NCBI GenBank assembly: GCA_963768425.1
Contig: CAVYHV010000013.1
Span: forward strand, 1-64,000
Direction of reading: 5' to 3'
DNA: 64,000 bases
Origin: Candidatus Bathyarchaeota archaeon
Lineage (GTDB): Archaea > Thermoproteota > Bathyarchaeia > Bathyarchaeales > Bathycorpusculaceae
Shown in pieces: positions 44,689-54,776 of the stretch. How positions within the stretch are numbered: the first letter of the stretch is position 1; each line of letters opens with the position of its first letter. The translations under genes were made by a program, and so were the position numbers. The notes under the pieces are model-generated. The model saw nothing but the letters and a program-made list of their open reading frames with translations, had not been told where the DNA came from and searched no databases.

Positions 44689-46356
44689 GAGACCGTGTAA
44701 AAAATCGCATAACGACCGCTTGATAGCTTGAAAATTACACAGCACTATTCTCGCTTTTTCTTTTTCTTTGTTTATCTTTTAACAAGCGCACCGATTAGAG
44801 CTTCAACTCCAAGAATGTTCAAAGCTCTCCTCAAATTATAAGAAAACAAAAGCAACCCAATTTCCCCACTTACCTTCCTAAGACCTCTTAGCAACAAATA
44901 AGGAGCACCAAAAGCCCTCTTAACTGTCCCAAACGTATGCTCAACCACCTTTTTGCGCTCATCCATAACTTCTGGATGAGATCTCATTCGTTTTCTCATA
45001 TCGTCGACAACTTGCTCATGGACCCAGCGCCAAATCAACCGCCCCTTTTTGTTGCCTGTACATTTAGTCATAAAAAACTGGCAAGAAAAACAAACACCCT
45101 TCAAGCACTTGTAAATTCGCCTATCCACCCCATCCTGAACTGTACAGCAGTGAAAGAACAGGCGCTGTCCAGCCGGGCAAACATACAAATCAGCATCATT
45201 GTCATAGCGGAACTTGTCAGCGGTAAACTCTGGCGAAACTATACTTCCACCGCTTCCCGACCTCTTCACCGCAACAAATGGTGTAACTCCATTATCGACG
45301 CACTGCTTGATCTGCATAAAATCAAAATAACCCTTATCCCCAAGAGCATCAATCTGCTCAACACCCAGTGTTTCTTTAGCGCTTATAGCCACGCCGCTTA
45401 ATTGATTTAGGTCTGAGGCTTCGTTAGTCACCAAGTAGTTAACGATGAGGTGGTTTTTTGAATCTACAGCTGCCTGCATGTTATAGCAGGATTCTACTCT
45501 GCCATGACTCATCATCTGTCGACAATCCGGATCGGTCAAAGCAACCTCGTTTTGACCACTCTTTTGCATTCTGTCAAGGATTGCTTCAGATTTCTCTTTT
45601 TTCTCAAGTAAAGCTGCAAGCTTGTCTACTTCAAAAGCTTTAGCTTCTTTGCCTGCTTCGCTACTGGCTTGGTGCTCGTCAGATGCTTCCTTCTCATCTT
45701 GGGCATCCAACTCTTCAAGATAATGTTTTACTGATTTTTCCATGATCTTTATTCTTTTCGCAAGCGCTTTTTGGTTAAAGGCTTTATCGTTGGAGTTGAC
45801 GGCCTTTAGTTTGGTGCCGTCAACGGCTATTTGTTGTGCCCCATAGAGACTGAGGTCTTTTAGGAAGGCTACAAAGTCCTTGAATAGGGCACCTATTGCC
45901 TGTGGGTTGTCTTTTCTGAAATCCGCTATTGTTTTAAAGTCAGGTGTTAAGCCTTTGAGTAGCCACATTGCTTCGAGGTTTGTTTTGGATTCTCGTTCTA
46001 GCTTTCTGCTTGATCGGATGTGGTTTAAGGCCTCCGTAGAGGTAGAGTTTGCAGAGGTCTTTTGGGTTGTATGATGGTCTTCCAAGATCTTTTGGTGTTG
46101 AGTGGGTGAAGCCTAACTTTTCCATGTTAAGCGTGTTTACGTAGGCATCGATGAATCTGACCGGGTTGTCCGTTTGTACGTATTCTTCTATGGTTTTAGG
46201 CAGCAGGAACGTTTGGCTTCTGGATAAGCCTTCTACATAGCTGTTGGTTTCGTTGTCCATTTGTCTCACCTTACCCTTTGTGAGCCATTGCTATGTGTCT
46301 AGATTTAAGGTTAACGGGATTCTAAGCGATTAAGAGAAGACTTTTCACACGGTCTC
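44689..46356 (-). mobile_element. IS1182-family insertion sequence (1668 bp)
   Basis: Terminal inverted repeats GAGACCGTGTAAAAAATC / GAGACCGTGTGAAAAGTC (16/18); contains a transposase; no target duplication visible. Confidence 0.9.
44772..46269 (-). CDS. IS1182-family DDE transposase (frameshift near 46035)
   Basis: GRPSYNP..KLYLYG, IRSSRKLE..WLL..PDFKTIADFRK, VDGTK, TDPD, YNMQ, DKGY, YVCPAG, RKKVVEHTFG. Confidence 0.93.
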
Positions 46357-46361
46357 AAACT

Positions 46362-46379
46362 TTGACTTAACTTAGTCAA
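46362..46379. repeat. Palindrome TTGACT-N6-AGTCAA, copy 6 (inverted context)
   Basis: TTGACT TAACTT AGTCAA, 5 bp from the IS end and 18 bp from the TATA box CTTTTATC at 46398. Confidence 0.9.
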
Positions 46380-46435
46380 CGAAGTTTTACGAAAGGCCTT
46401 TTATCGTTTGAGAATTCGTTAATAAATTAAAGGTA

Positions 46436-46939
46436 ATGAGAGAAGAAAACAATGAAGACAATCAGTGCCATAATTGTAGCCCTTGTCATGGTTCTAATAG
46501 TTTTTGCAATAATAGGTTCAATGTCTTTGTGTATCCAATCGTAGCGGGTCAGAAACTAACTCTCCCAAATGAACAATGGGTACAATACAAACAGGGTTGG
46601 AAACTGATTTCATTTCATTATGTGCAATATGGTGCCATTTCCGCTATACTTTATGACCAGTTGTACGTGGAAGCTGATAATTACCCTTTGAATAATGGAT
46701 TTCCAGTGGGTCTCTACCCTATTACTCGAGGAGCTACCTACAATATGGATGGCACGATGAGAATAACGATATCAGAAATAAATTCGAATTATTTGGTTAT
46801 ATCTATCAGTTCTTCATTAAAAACATCCTTTTGGCAAACCACCAGCATAATATACATAATAGTAATCGAAATCTTGTTAGCCGTAATCATCGCACTACTG
46901 CTCCTGAGAAAACGAAAAACCGCTAACCTGAGTGAGTAG
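46436..46939 (+). CDS. Surface protein with TM anchor (true start probably 46452, frameshifted)
   Basis: MKTISAIIVALVMVLIV.. signal in another frame; TM followed by RKRKTANLSE. Confidence 0.65.
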   Translation: MREENNEDNQCHNCSPCHGSNSFCNNRFNVFVYPIVAGQKLTLPNEQWVQYKQGWKLISFHYVQYGAISAILYDQLYVEADNYPLNNGFPVGLYPITRGATYNMDGTMRITISEINSNYLVISISSSLKTSFWQTTSIIYIIVIEILLAVIIALLLLRKRKTANLSE

Positions 46940-47433
46940 ACCTTTTCCCACGAAAAATTGAAGAACTCACTGTTGCCATAGACTTAAACACTCTGGAAAT
47001 TCAAGAGCACGAAAGTTAAAAGTTATCTTCACCGAAAGATGAGTCAGGGAGTCAGTTTGAATCTTTTTCTGACCACGTTTTTTGTGTTTTTAACTTTTTG
47101 CCGAGAGAATAACAGTTCTACAAGGTGCTGGCTTCGGATGAAAGACCTAGGGATTTTGCTTTAGAATGGTTTCGATCATATCGCCCTGAATTCTCAGTTC
47201 CTTTGAAAGAAATCGACGAGAGGGCAAACTTCTTCAAAGATAGTCAGTTAGTTTATTAGCTGTAAACCTACAAAATATTTTTTATAAATAAAAATTAAAC
47301 ATCTTGATTCAAATTTTTCATAGTGGTAGAACCTAGAAAAAAGTACTAATAATGGTCCTTTCTTGTGCAAAACAAAAAATGGTCAGATAAGAAAGCTTAA
47401 GTGTTAAACCATCCATAAAAGTGCAGAGCGCTC

Positions 47434-48602
47434 ATGAAGTTGAAAGGTTCGCCTCTTAATCTGAACGTTTATGAAGCTTCTGAAACGCTGACAAACAAGC
47501 ATTTTCAGCAATTCAAAACGGTGGATTTTGAAAGATTCTATCTTCCTGAGAGCATGCGACCTTTCACTGACCTCATCCCTGTTGGCAAGAAAGAGTTTAT
47601 CGCGGATGACAACCGGGGAGCAGTTTCTACTTTACCCGCATTAAAATAGACGGCATGGACTTTTACCTATCAGTTAAAGGCATAGGTTCAACCACTAACC
47701 CGTTTTCAACTCAGCTCCTCGGCAAAGACGAAATATGCAGCCTGCTAAAGGATTCCATACTGAAAGACAGAATCGTGAATTCCGAGGGAATCGCTCCAAG
47801 ATACCTTACGGGGGAACTATGGTTAAGAGGCTCTCCATATGGTGGACAAGGACTTGAGCACGCGGCTACTGCGTTGAGGGTGTCAGAATTGGCTGCCCTT
47901 ACGTCTATTCACGGATTTAGAGTCGCGCCAGTTCTGAAAATCGTTTTCCTTCCCCCAGACCTTGAGAATGAAATCAAAAAAATATTTTGGTACCGCAGAT
48001 TCGCGGGCAAAATAGTTCAAGAAATACGGCTGGTTCCTTCTAACGTCCGAATTTATTTTCACGCAGGGAGCACAGTCGGAGGCAACATACACTCAATTTT
48101 TGACTTGTTTGGATTGGACAACAACGATAAAGCAGTTGATTTTCTGAAAAATTTCGTTAAAACCGGCATCGCCTACCTAACCCTGTTCCCCCGGACACTA
48201 AAGAAAAACGAAGATGGAACTTTTTCTGGCTTGGATTTCTATGATGTCTGGCTTGACAAGGACGCAGTGCTCGCTCCAGATGGCACTATTTACTTCGTTG
48301 ATCTTGAAGGGCTGGAATGGATAAATGTGGAGGAAAAGAAAATCTTGGAGAAGATTGAGGACCAGATCTACAGGTCCCTGTACGAATTCATGTATGCGTA
48401 TGAACAGATAGAACGAGAACGATTTGCAAGGTTCGGAGGTGTGGCTGACAGAAAGCTGCAGTTTGAATATCTTCTCAAGCAAACCCTCAGGGATGATGAA
48501 GTTATTGGCCTTGCAAGTGAGGGACAAAGTCTTAAGCTGGTCATCGGTAACATTCTTGGGGAACAACGTTTAACTAAAAAATTCCCAATCATGGACTGGT
48601 AA
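47434..48602 (+). CDS. Kinase-fold protein, distantly SelO/YdiU-like (frameshift near 47645)
   Basis: ADDNRG, LSVKGIGSTTNPFS, IRLVPSNVR, DKDAVL..IYFVDLE. Confidence 0.6.
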
Positions 48603-48612
48603 TTAAAATGAA

Positions 48613-50162
48613 ATGCAACGACGTAAGAATATTTTTCTCCCAGGTAGCTGGGAAATCAATTTCAATGCAGATTCCGCAAGCAGACCTGGATTTTTCTTAA
48701 GTGGCGGCTACCTTTCTGTGATGCAAAAAGAAGATTATGATCAGGCTTTAACCGAAGTTTCAAAATTGACGCAAGAGAACGTGGACTTGGCGAGTGAAGA
48801 GAACTCAGAAAGGGGCGCGAAGACCGCTCTGGACGAAGAGGAGAAGAAAACTCATTCTATAAAGTTTCTTTTTGAAGGAAAAGAGAACAAGGAAGCTGAA
48901 CGCGAGAAAGTCGATAGCGAAAAGAACGTTGTCTCAAAAATGGACGCTGACATAGCTGAACGAGACAACAAGATAAAAGAGCTAATCCAGAAGAAATCTA
49001 ATATTGACAGAATGGTGCCCTACGAGCGGAAAATATGTGTCGCTCACGGGCTTAGGCGTAATCACCTTAAACGATCTCAATGTCAGAAACTACAGGGTTT
49101 CCGCCAACGAGTTCTCAGACTTCATCGAAGAAACCACGGAAACTACCGATGAACTCAGAACCATAGCATACAAAGCCAACTTCTATGCGAACAGGTTCAA
49201 AGCTGAATTTCCAGAAGCCGACCTTTCCCAGCTTTGGAGCGTCTCAGTGGGATTGGGAAAGCTTCAGGGCGACCCCGACCAAATCAGCCAAAGATTCCTG
49301 CAAGCGACTGGCAGCCTGCAGCATTTCAAATCCACCGTCGAAAATAAGATGATGGCGGCGGAAATTATGACTGCCTTCAGGGGCAACCAATCTCAGCCGT
49401 TAATGGATTCCGACTTGCAGAACCTTTCAGCAACCTTGGGAAACCTTGACAAGGAAGTCAGACACGACAAGGTTCCAAAAGAGTTGTCGGTTGGGGTCGC
49501 ATGCCATTATTCTATTCGGAAGAAGATTTGACGGAACATTCCCTACTGACAGATTTGCGCAATTTTCCAAAATGACTTCTTCACCTGAATCAGCAGCAAT
49601 TCTAGCCGTGGTAAATGTCCCTTCAGACCAGCTGACGGCTAAATTCCAATCTTTCAGGTCAATGTTTGGATCCTGGGGGTACGAATTGTCGGAGGACACC
49701 GAACTTGCTTCTGCATATTTATCGATTTCAGATTTGGGTCCCGGCGAAGTAAACACGAAGTTGACAATAATCGTCGACGCCCTTAAGAACTACCTTGAGT
49801 ACCCCCTCGTCGCTTCCGCGATACTTGCGTCGATACCAACACTGGAAGCAAACGAGACCCTTGACTTGATGCAGAAAGCCTACTCTCTGCTTGGAACCCA
49901 AGCCACAGATCTGTTCCCCCCTGAACTACTGAGCCTTTCAGTTAGGATGATTCATGGAATCAAGAACGAGTTGGTGAAAGAACTTGATCCAACCGCGAAG
50001 CTCACCAATACCCCGATGCAGTTCACATACATCCCGTCAAACATATTCTTCTTCTATTATGGACCGCTGATTGTTGCACATTCATATTATTACTCCACTT
50101 TCAGCGGGATTGGAGGCTTCCATCCTGCACATGTGCACGGTGTAGGAGGATTCATGGGTTGA
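48613..50162 (+). CDS. Coiled-coil plus helical-repeat hypothetical protein (three frameshifted pieces)
   Basis: Overlapping ORFs 48613-49152, 49004-49531, 49446-50162; C-terminus FHPAHVHGVGGFMG. Confidence 0.6.
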
Positions 50163-51178
50163 CCTCGAAATCGCTTCTTCTAATTCTCGTACTTTCGGTG
50201 TTCTTAGCGGCTTACCCAGTCTTCGCCGCTGCAACATATGTGCCCCATCAAGGCGATTACTTCAACTATCACGAAGTGGAGAACCTTGGAAGCGGCACAG
50301 GCAGCTACGCTGGATACACTGAGCAGACAGTCGTGGATGGAAAGGAAACGATGAACACTGTCGATGCAAACGGAGTGGTGTCTGCCACATATGGCTACTC
50401 ATATACTTGGAGCAACAGCTCTGGCTCGACCGAAACTGGCAGCCAGTCGGGAACATTTACTTTCTCATCAGCCAACTTCTTTTACATCAACGGAACTGAC
50501 GATCAGACAGGGTATGTTAACCCAACGGTCTGGTTTTTGATGGATAACTCAATTTCTCAGGGGGGCACATTCACTATTCTTAGCACTGAGATGACGGTCA
50601 CATCCAGGAGTTACAATTACTACCTTTCTTCGCAGGACAAAAACGTGAACACCGTTTTTGCTCAGGGCGCCTCAAGCTATGATAGGAACGATAATTACGG
50701 ACAATTTACCGCCACCTACACATGGAAAGCCTACTTTGACCCAACCACGGGGTACATTATCGGGTACGAATACGTTGAACACGATACCAACCCTTCAGGC
50801 GACGGATTTACGTGGACCGACAACCTCTACGTGACCTCAACCAGCTACTCGCTGACTGCAGCTGTAGCAGGCAGTTCAGGCGCACCTGTTAATGTCGACC
50901 TCATAGCGGCAATAGTGCTGGTTATCGTAGTCATTGTGATCCTAATTATTGCGCTTTCGAGAAGAAGCAGAAGAAGCCTTCCGAAGCATAGTTCCCCGCA
51001 AGAATATTCCCCGCCGTCACAGCCACCACCGGCACCTCAAATTGATTTGACTCCGAAGCAACCGCCGGTACAGCAGATCGTGATTAAAGAGGTTGTGAAG
51101 GTAAAATGCCGTTACTGCGGAGCACTAATAGACTCCACAGCTCAAACTTGCCCTGTATGCGGAGCTCCCAGAACATGA
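50159..51178 (+). CDS. Secreted TM-anchored protein with cytoplasmic zinc ribbon
   Basis: Signal peptide, Y/T/S-rich domain, TM, Pro-rich linker, CRYCG..CPVCGA. Confidence 0.8.
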   Translation: MTSKSLLLILVLSVFLAAYPVFAAATYVPHQGDYFNYHEVENLGSGTGSYAGYTEQTVVDGKETMNTVDANGVVSATYGYSYTWSNSSGSTETGSQSGTFTFSSANFFYINGTDDQTGYVNPTVWFLMDNSISQGGTFTILSTEMTVTSRSYNYYLSSQDKNVNTVFAQGASSYDRNDNYGQFTATYTWKAYFDPTTGYIIGYEYVEHDTNPSGDGFTWTDNLYVTSTSYSLTAAVAGSSGAPVNVDLIAAIVLVIVVIVILIIALSRRSRRSLPKHSSPQEYSPPSQPPPAPQIDLTPKQPPVQQIVIKEVVKVKCRYCGALIDSTAQTCPVCGAPRT

Positions 51179-51291
51179 CATGGTACTAAATTTTTGTTTC
51201 CTTCTTTCTACCTAAATCCTTTCTAAAATACAGAAAAACCTCTCCATTTACGCCCATGTTCGCTTTCATGACGTTTCCTGAAGAAGCTATG

Positions 51292-51879
51292 TTATAACGG
51301 GAAATTTCGCAGAACGTTGAATGGGCACTGCTTTGACTTAAGCCAGAGAAGTCGCGCGTTCAAAATATCTTCACCCATTCCTATTCTCCTAAATTGAGGT
51401 TTCACATAAAGAGAGTGCAGTCTTCCAACACCATTCACAAGTGAAACCCAGCCTAACCCAGCAATTTCGTTCTTTAGCCTAACAAAAAAGCACATATCTC
51501 CGTTCTCAAACGCAACACTTACCCATCTTTTGTTTATCCCGGGGTGGGTCGAAGCCATAAATCGTTCTATTTCACTTACGTTTTGCTTCTCCACCGTGGA
51601 AATTTCATAGCTGAACTTGTGAGAAAGGGTAAGATTCTCTATATCTACGGCATAAATATCGTATAATTCGTGTTCATGCTCAGTTTTTAGCTCAGAAAAG
51701 ACCCAGTTGAACGGTTTTAACGCGTAAAAGTAGTCAAATACCTCTCTTGACCTAGTGTAAATTGATCCGCTTTTCTCCGAGTCGTCATACATGAATAAGC
51801 CTGAGGTAACTCCTTCGGAAGTCCTAGTTACATAAGCTTCACCGCCTATTTCCAGGATTTCTTTGGTGTGATATTCCAA
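51292..51879 (-). CDS. GNAT-family acetyltransferase (ends probably frameshifted)
   Basis: LHSLYVKPQFRRIGMG motif A. Confidence 0.75.
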   Translation of the reverse strand: MEYHTKEILEIGGEAYVTRTSEGVTSGLFMYDDSEKSGSIYTRSREVFDYFYALKPFNWVFSELKTEHEHELYDIYAVDIENLTLSHKFSYEISTVEKQNVSEIERFMASTHPGINKRWVSVAFENGDMCFFVRLKNEIAGLGWVSLVNGVGRLHSLYVKPQFRRIGMGEDILNARLLWLKSKQCPFNVLRNFPL

Positions 51880-52277
51880 GTAAGGTTCAAAAAACGAAAA
51901 GTCAGCAGGAAAGACAAAGTTAATGTCGGATGACGCTCATTAATTGGGAAACTTGCATTGCTCATATTACCCTTTTACAAATATGAATTTCAGCCTGATA
52001 AAACTTGAGTTCTCACTCAATTTAAACAGCTTAACATGCAAACGGAACCCTACAAGGTAGGATTGAGGCGTTTTTATATATAGTTTGAAAAGCCCACTTT
52101 ACTTGCGAAGTTATGCATATCTTAACACGTCGACTAACTAATTGTTCACAACATTTTTGACGTAAATAGTTCTCATTACGCGGATGTTACCTGTGATTAA
52201 CTCATTTCTTGAAGCCATTTTCTTGTTAACAAAATATGACGCAAGCGAGAGAACGAAAGCTTTAAATCTTTTTCGAT

Positions 52278-53420
52278 GTGTCCGTGTTTGGCGGGGAGAG
52301 GGGCAATTTTATGCAAGTTAAGAGTTTGAAGCTTTTAGGTTTAGTAGTCATCATGATTTTTGCTTTGTCAGCAGTCAGCATGGTTCACGCCGTTCCAAAG
52401 CTTGCAGTTTCCTCCAAGATCACAGCAGTGACAGCTGGTACCGGCATGGCCTATGATCCCACCAAAGGCGAAATATTTGTGCTAGACAAAAGTGGCACGG
52501 TTACCGCTATATCTGACAGCACAAACAAAGTGGTTGCAACGGTTAGCATACCCAATGGGTATGGTTACTATAACGGCATGGCTTACGATTCGGGGCAGGG
52601 TGAAATCTTCGTCGCCTCAGGCAATGCCATAAGTGGTGGAACCCCCATGATTACGGTTATATCAGATAGCTCCAACGGCATAGTTGCAAACATAACATCA
52701 GGTAGTTGGTGGTTCCCCTATGGTGTGGCTTATGATTCCAGCAAAGGCGAGATATTCGTAACGGATGCAGGCAACGGCCAAAATGTCTTAGGAAATGTCT
52801 ACGTTGTGTCAGATAGCACCAACACCGAAGTTCAAAGCATAGGTGTGGGATATTTCCCTGAAGCGATAGCTTATGATTCGGGGCGGGGCGAAATCTTCGT
52901 CGCTAACTCTGGCTCTAGTAGCGTCTCAGTCATATCCGACAGCTCCAACGCTGTAGTAGCAACCATTAATGGGGTTTTCGCTTCGGGCTTAGCTTATGAT
53001 TCCAGTAAAGGAGAGATATTCGCAGCAAACGGCTACAACGGCGTTTCAGTGATATCGGACAATACGAACACAGTTGTTGCAAACGTGACGGGTCCATCGG
53101 GAGTCCAGGGCATAGCGTACGATTCTGCAAAAGACGTAGTATTCGTAGGCAACTCAGTCATATCGGATAGCAACAATGCCGTAGTTGCCCAAGTTCCCAG
53201 CGCACTTGGGTTGATAGTTTATGATTCAAGCAAAGGCGAAATAATCGGAGGCACCAATACCGAAACCGATATCTTTTCAAATTCATCCTTTACAATAAAG
53301 GTGCCCGAATTCAGTAGTGCAGCACTCATTTCACTAGCCGCAGTGATGGCGGTTGTGAGCTTAGGCGCGGTTACGTTTAGCAGGAAAAAGAGTCGAAAAA
53401 TCGATTACAAATCGACTTGA
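52278..53420 (+). CDS. YncE/YVTN beta-propeller surface protein with PEF-CTERM-like sorting signal (start probably 52311)
   Basis: Seven AYDSxKGEIFV..VISDSxNxVVA repeats; VPEF, TM, RKKSRK. Confidence 0.88.
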   Translation: MSVFGGERGNFMQVKSLKLLGLVVIMIFALSAVSMVHAVPKLAVSSKITAVTAGTGMAYDPTKGEIFVLDKSGTVTAISDSTNKVVATVSIPNGYGYYNGMAYDSGQGEIFVASGNAISGGTPMITVISDSSNGIVANITSGSWWFPYGVAYDSSKGEIFVTDAGNGQNVLGNVYVVSDSTNTEVQSIGVGYFPEAIAYDSGRGEIFVANSGSSSVSVISDSSNAVVATINGVFASGLAYDSSKGEIFAANGYNGVSVISDNTNTVVANVTGPSGVQGIAYDSAKDVVFVGNSVISDSNNAVVAQVPSALGLIVYDSSKGEIIGGTNTETDIFSNSSFTIKVPEFSSAALISLAAVMAVVSLGAVTFSRKKSRKIDYKST

Positions 53421-53616
53421 TTTCAATTAGACGCACCCTGTGTGTTTCCTTTTTTTGTACTGTTTTTTAGAAATAAATGCCCTAATGAGAATTATTGGAA
53501 AAGCACGTCGATTTTAACAAAAAGCAATCGTTGCTTTATAAGCGACTTAGTTGTAGTTTACATTAGACTTGTAAGAAGCAATTCTTGCAAAGTCGATGGA
53601 GAAGGTTGAGGCTTTA

Positions 53617-53757
53617 ATGTTAGGTAATAAAGTGATTTATGGAGAGACATTTAAGTGCAGATTGTGTTCAGCGAAATTTCAAAATCCTGAAGAATTAAGA
53701 ATTCACCGAATGGTTGATCATAAAGGGCACTCGCTTACGCTTACTCTCAAACGTTAG
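53617..53757 (+). CDS. Stand-alone C2H2 zinc-finger microprotein (not in ORF track)
   Basis: FKCRLCSAKFQNPEELRIHRMVDH. Confidence 0.75.
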   Translation: MLGNKVIYGETFKCRLCSAKFQNPEELRIHRMVDHKGHSLTLTLKR

Positions 53758-53958
53758 CCACGGAATTCTTCTTGAGATTACCTCTTTAGCAAAATTTTTT
53801 GTTTTCAATAGTTTCAAAGAGTCCATGATGGTAAACATGTTATTCTGAAGCAATTACTTCTCATGGTGATTGATTAAATTTGATTTCTGAGGCGCTAATC
53901 AAGCTCAGCCATGGCAATGTTAATTAGGAGTAGCCTAACCTTATTGCCGAAGATTATC

Positions 53959-54270
53959 ATGAGCAAAAGTCTTGCTTTCTGGTTCATCCGAGACGGCGCA
54001 AAAATAATTCAATGCAGCAAAGATGACTTTGACAAAGCAATCACCGAAGGAAAAAGTGTAAAGTACCACGGCTACGCCCACAAAAAAGCAGAAAAAATAG
54101 CAGAAAAGCTGGAGGAATCTAGGATGGCGCTTCTGGCAAAACCCGACCTGCCTACTAAGTTCCGCGCTGTTTTGACGTGCCCAAAAAACGTCGTTGAAGT
54201 TCAAGTTATAAGGGTTGATGACGAACAGTTCTGGGAAAAAGAATCAAGACGCCCAAAATACCAAGTCTGA
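53959..54270 (+). CDS. Hypothetical protein
   Basis: Lys-rich ORF; start chosen at MSKS. Confidence 0.55.
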   Translation: MSKSLAFWFIRDGAKIIQCSKDDFDKAITEGKSVKYHGYAHKKAEKIAEKLEESRMALLAKPDLPTKFRAVLTCPKNVVEVQVIRVDDEQFWEKESRRPKYQV

Positions 54271-54359
54271 ACCTGTTTGAATTCTGATTAGAAACCCAAC
54301 TTCAGGATCGAGAATTTCGTTTCCCGATAAGGTTAAACGTCTAAAGTTGCAACAATGTA

Positions 54360-54776
54360 TTGAAGGTGTTTTTTGTTTTAATTGGCGCTCAACCGACGTC
54401 AGTCAAGAGAAGGATTTTAGAATTCATCTGGGACGCGAGAGCCGGGCCTGTTTTGCTGCTCACCATAGGAGAAAAGCGACTTGGCTTTGCGTTTTTCTGC
54501 CACCGAAGGCCGGAAAGAAGCTTTGTAATCCAAGGTCACACGTTTCCTCTATGTTCCCGATGTACAGGCTTGCTTCTTGGTTTTTTCGGTTTCATTTCGC
54601 TTGCACTCTTTAACCTGCAGATTCCTTTGTTTGTAGCGCTTATGATGCTGGCGCCTTTAGCTGTCGACGGGACTTCTCAACTTACAGGTCTCAGAGAAAG
54701 CAACAACTTACTTCGGTTGCTAACAGGCTTCCTATTTACGTTTGGATTTCTGTCGCTTGTGGCGGTGAAATTGTGA
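54360..54776 (+). CDS. DUF2085-family membrane protein
   Basis: CHRRPERSF..PLCSRCTG, DGTSQLTGLRESNNLLRLLTG. Confidence 0.88.
   Translation: MKVFFVLIGAQPTSVKRRILEFIWDARAGPVLLLTIGEKRLGFAFFCHRRPERSFVIQGHTFPLCSRCTGLLLGFFGFISLALFNLQIPLFVALMMLAPLAVDGTSQLTGLRESNNLLRLLTGFLFTFGFLSLVAVKL

Noticed and set aside
38774-46379. CRISPR array or canonical integron attC sites
   Set aside because: Repeats are separated by whole genes (0.7-2.9 kb), no cas or intI gene is present, and consistent RYYYAAC/GTTRRRY boxes are lacking
47647-47649. TAG readthrough (pyrrolysine) in the kinase-like gene
   Set aside because: The downstream ORF is in a different frame; a missing A in AAAA explains the break
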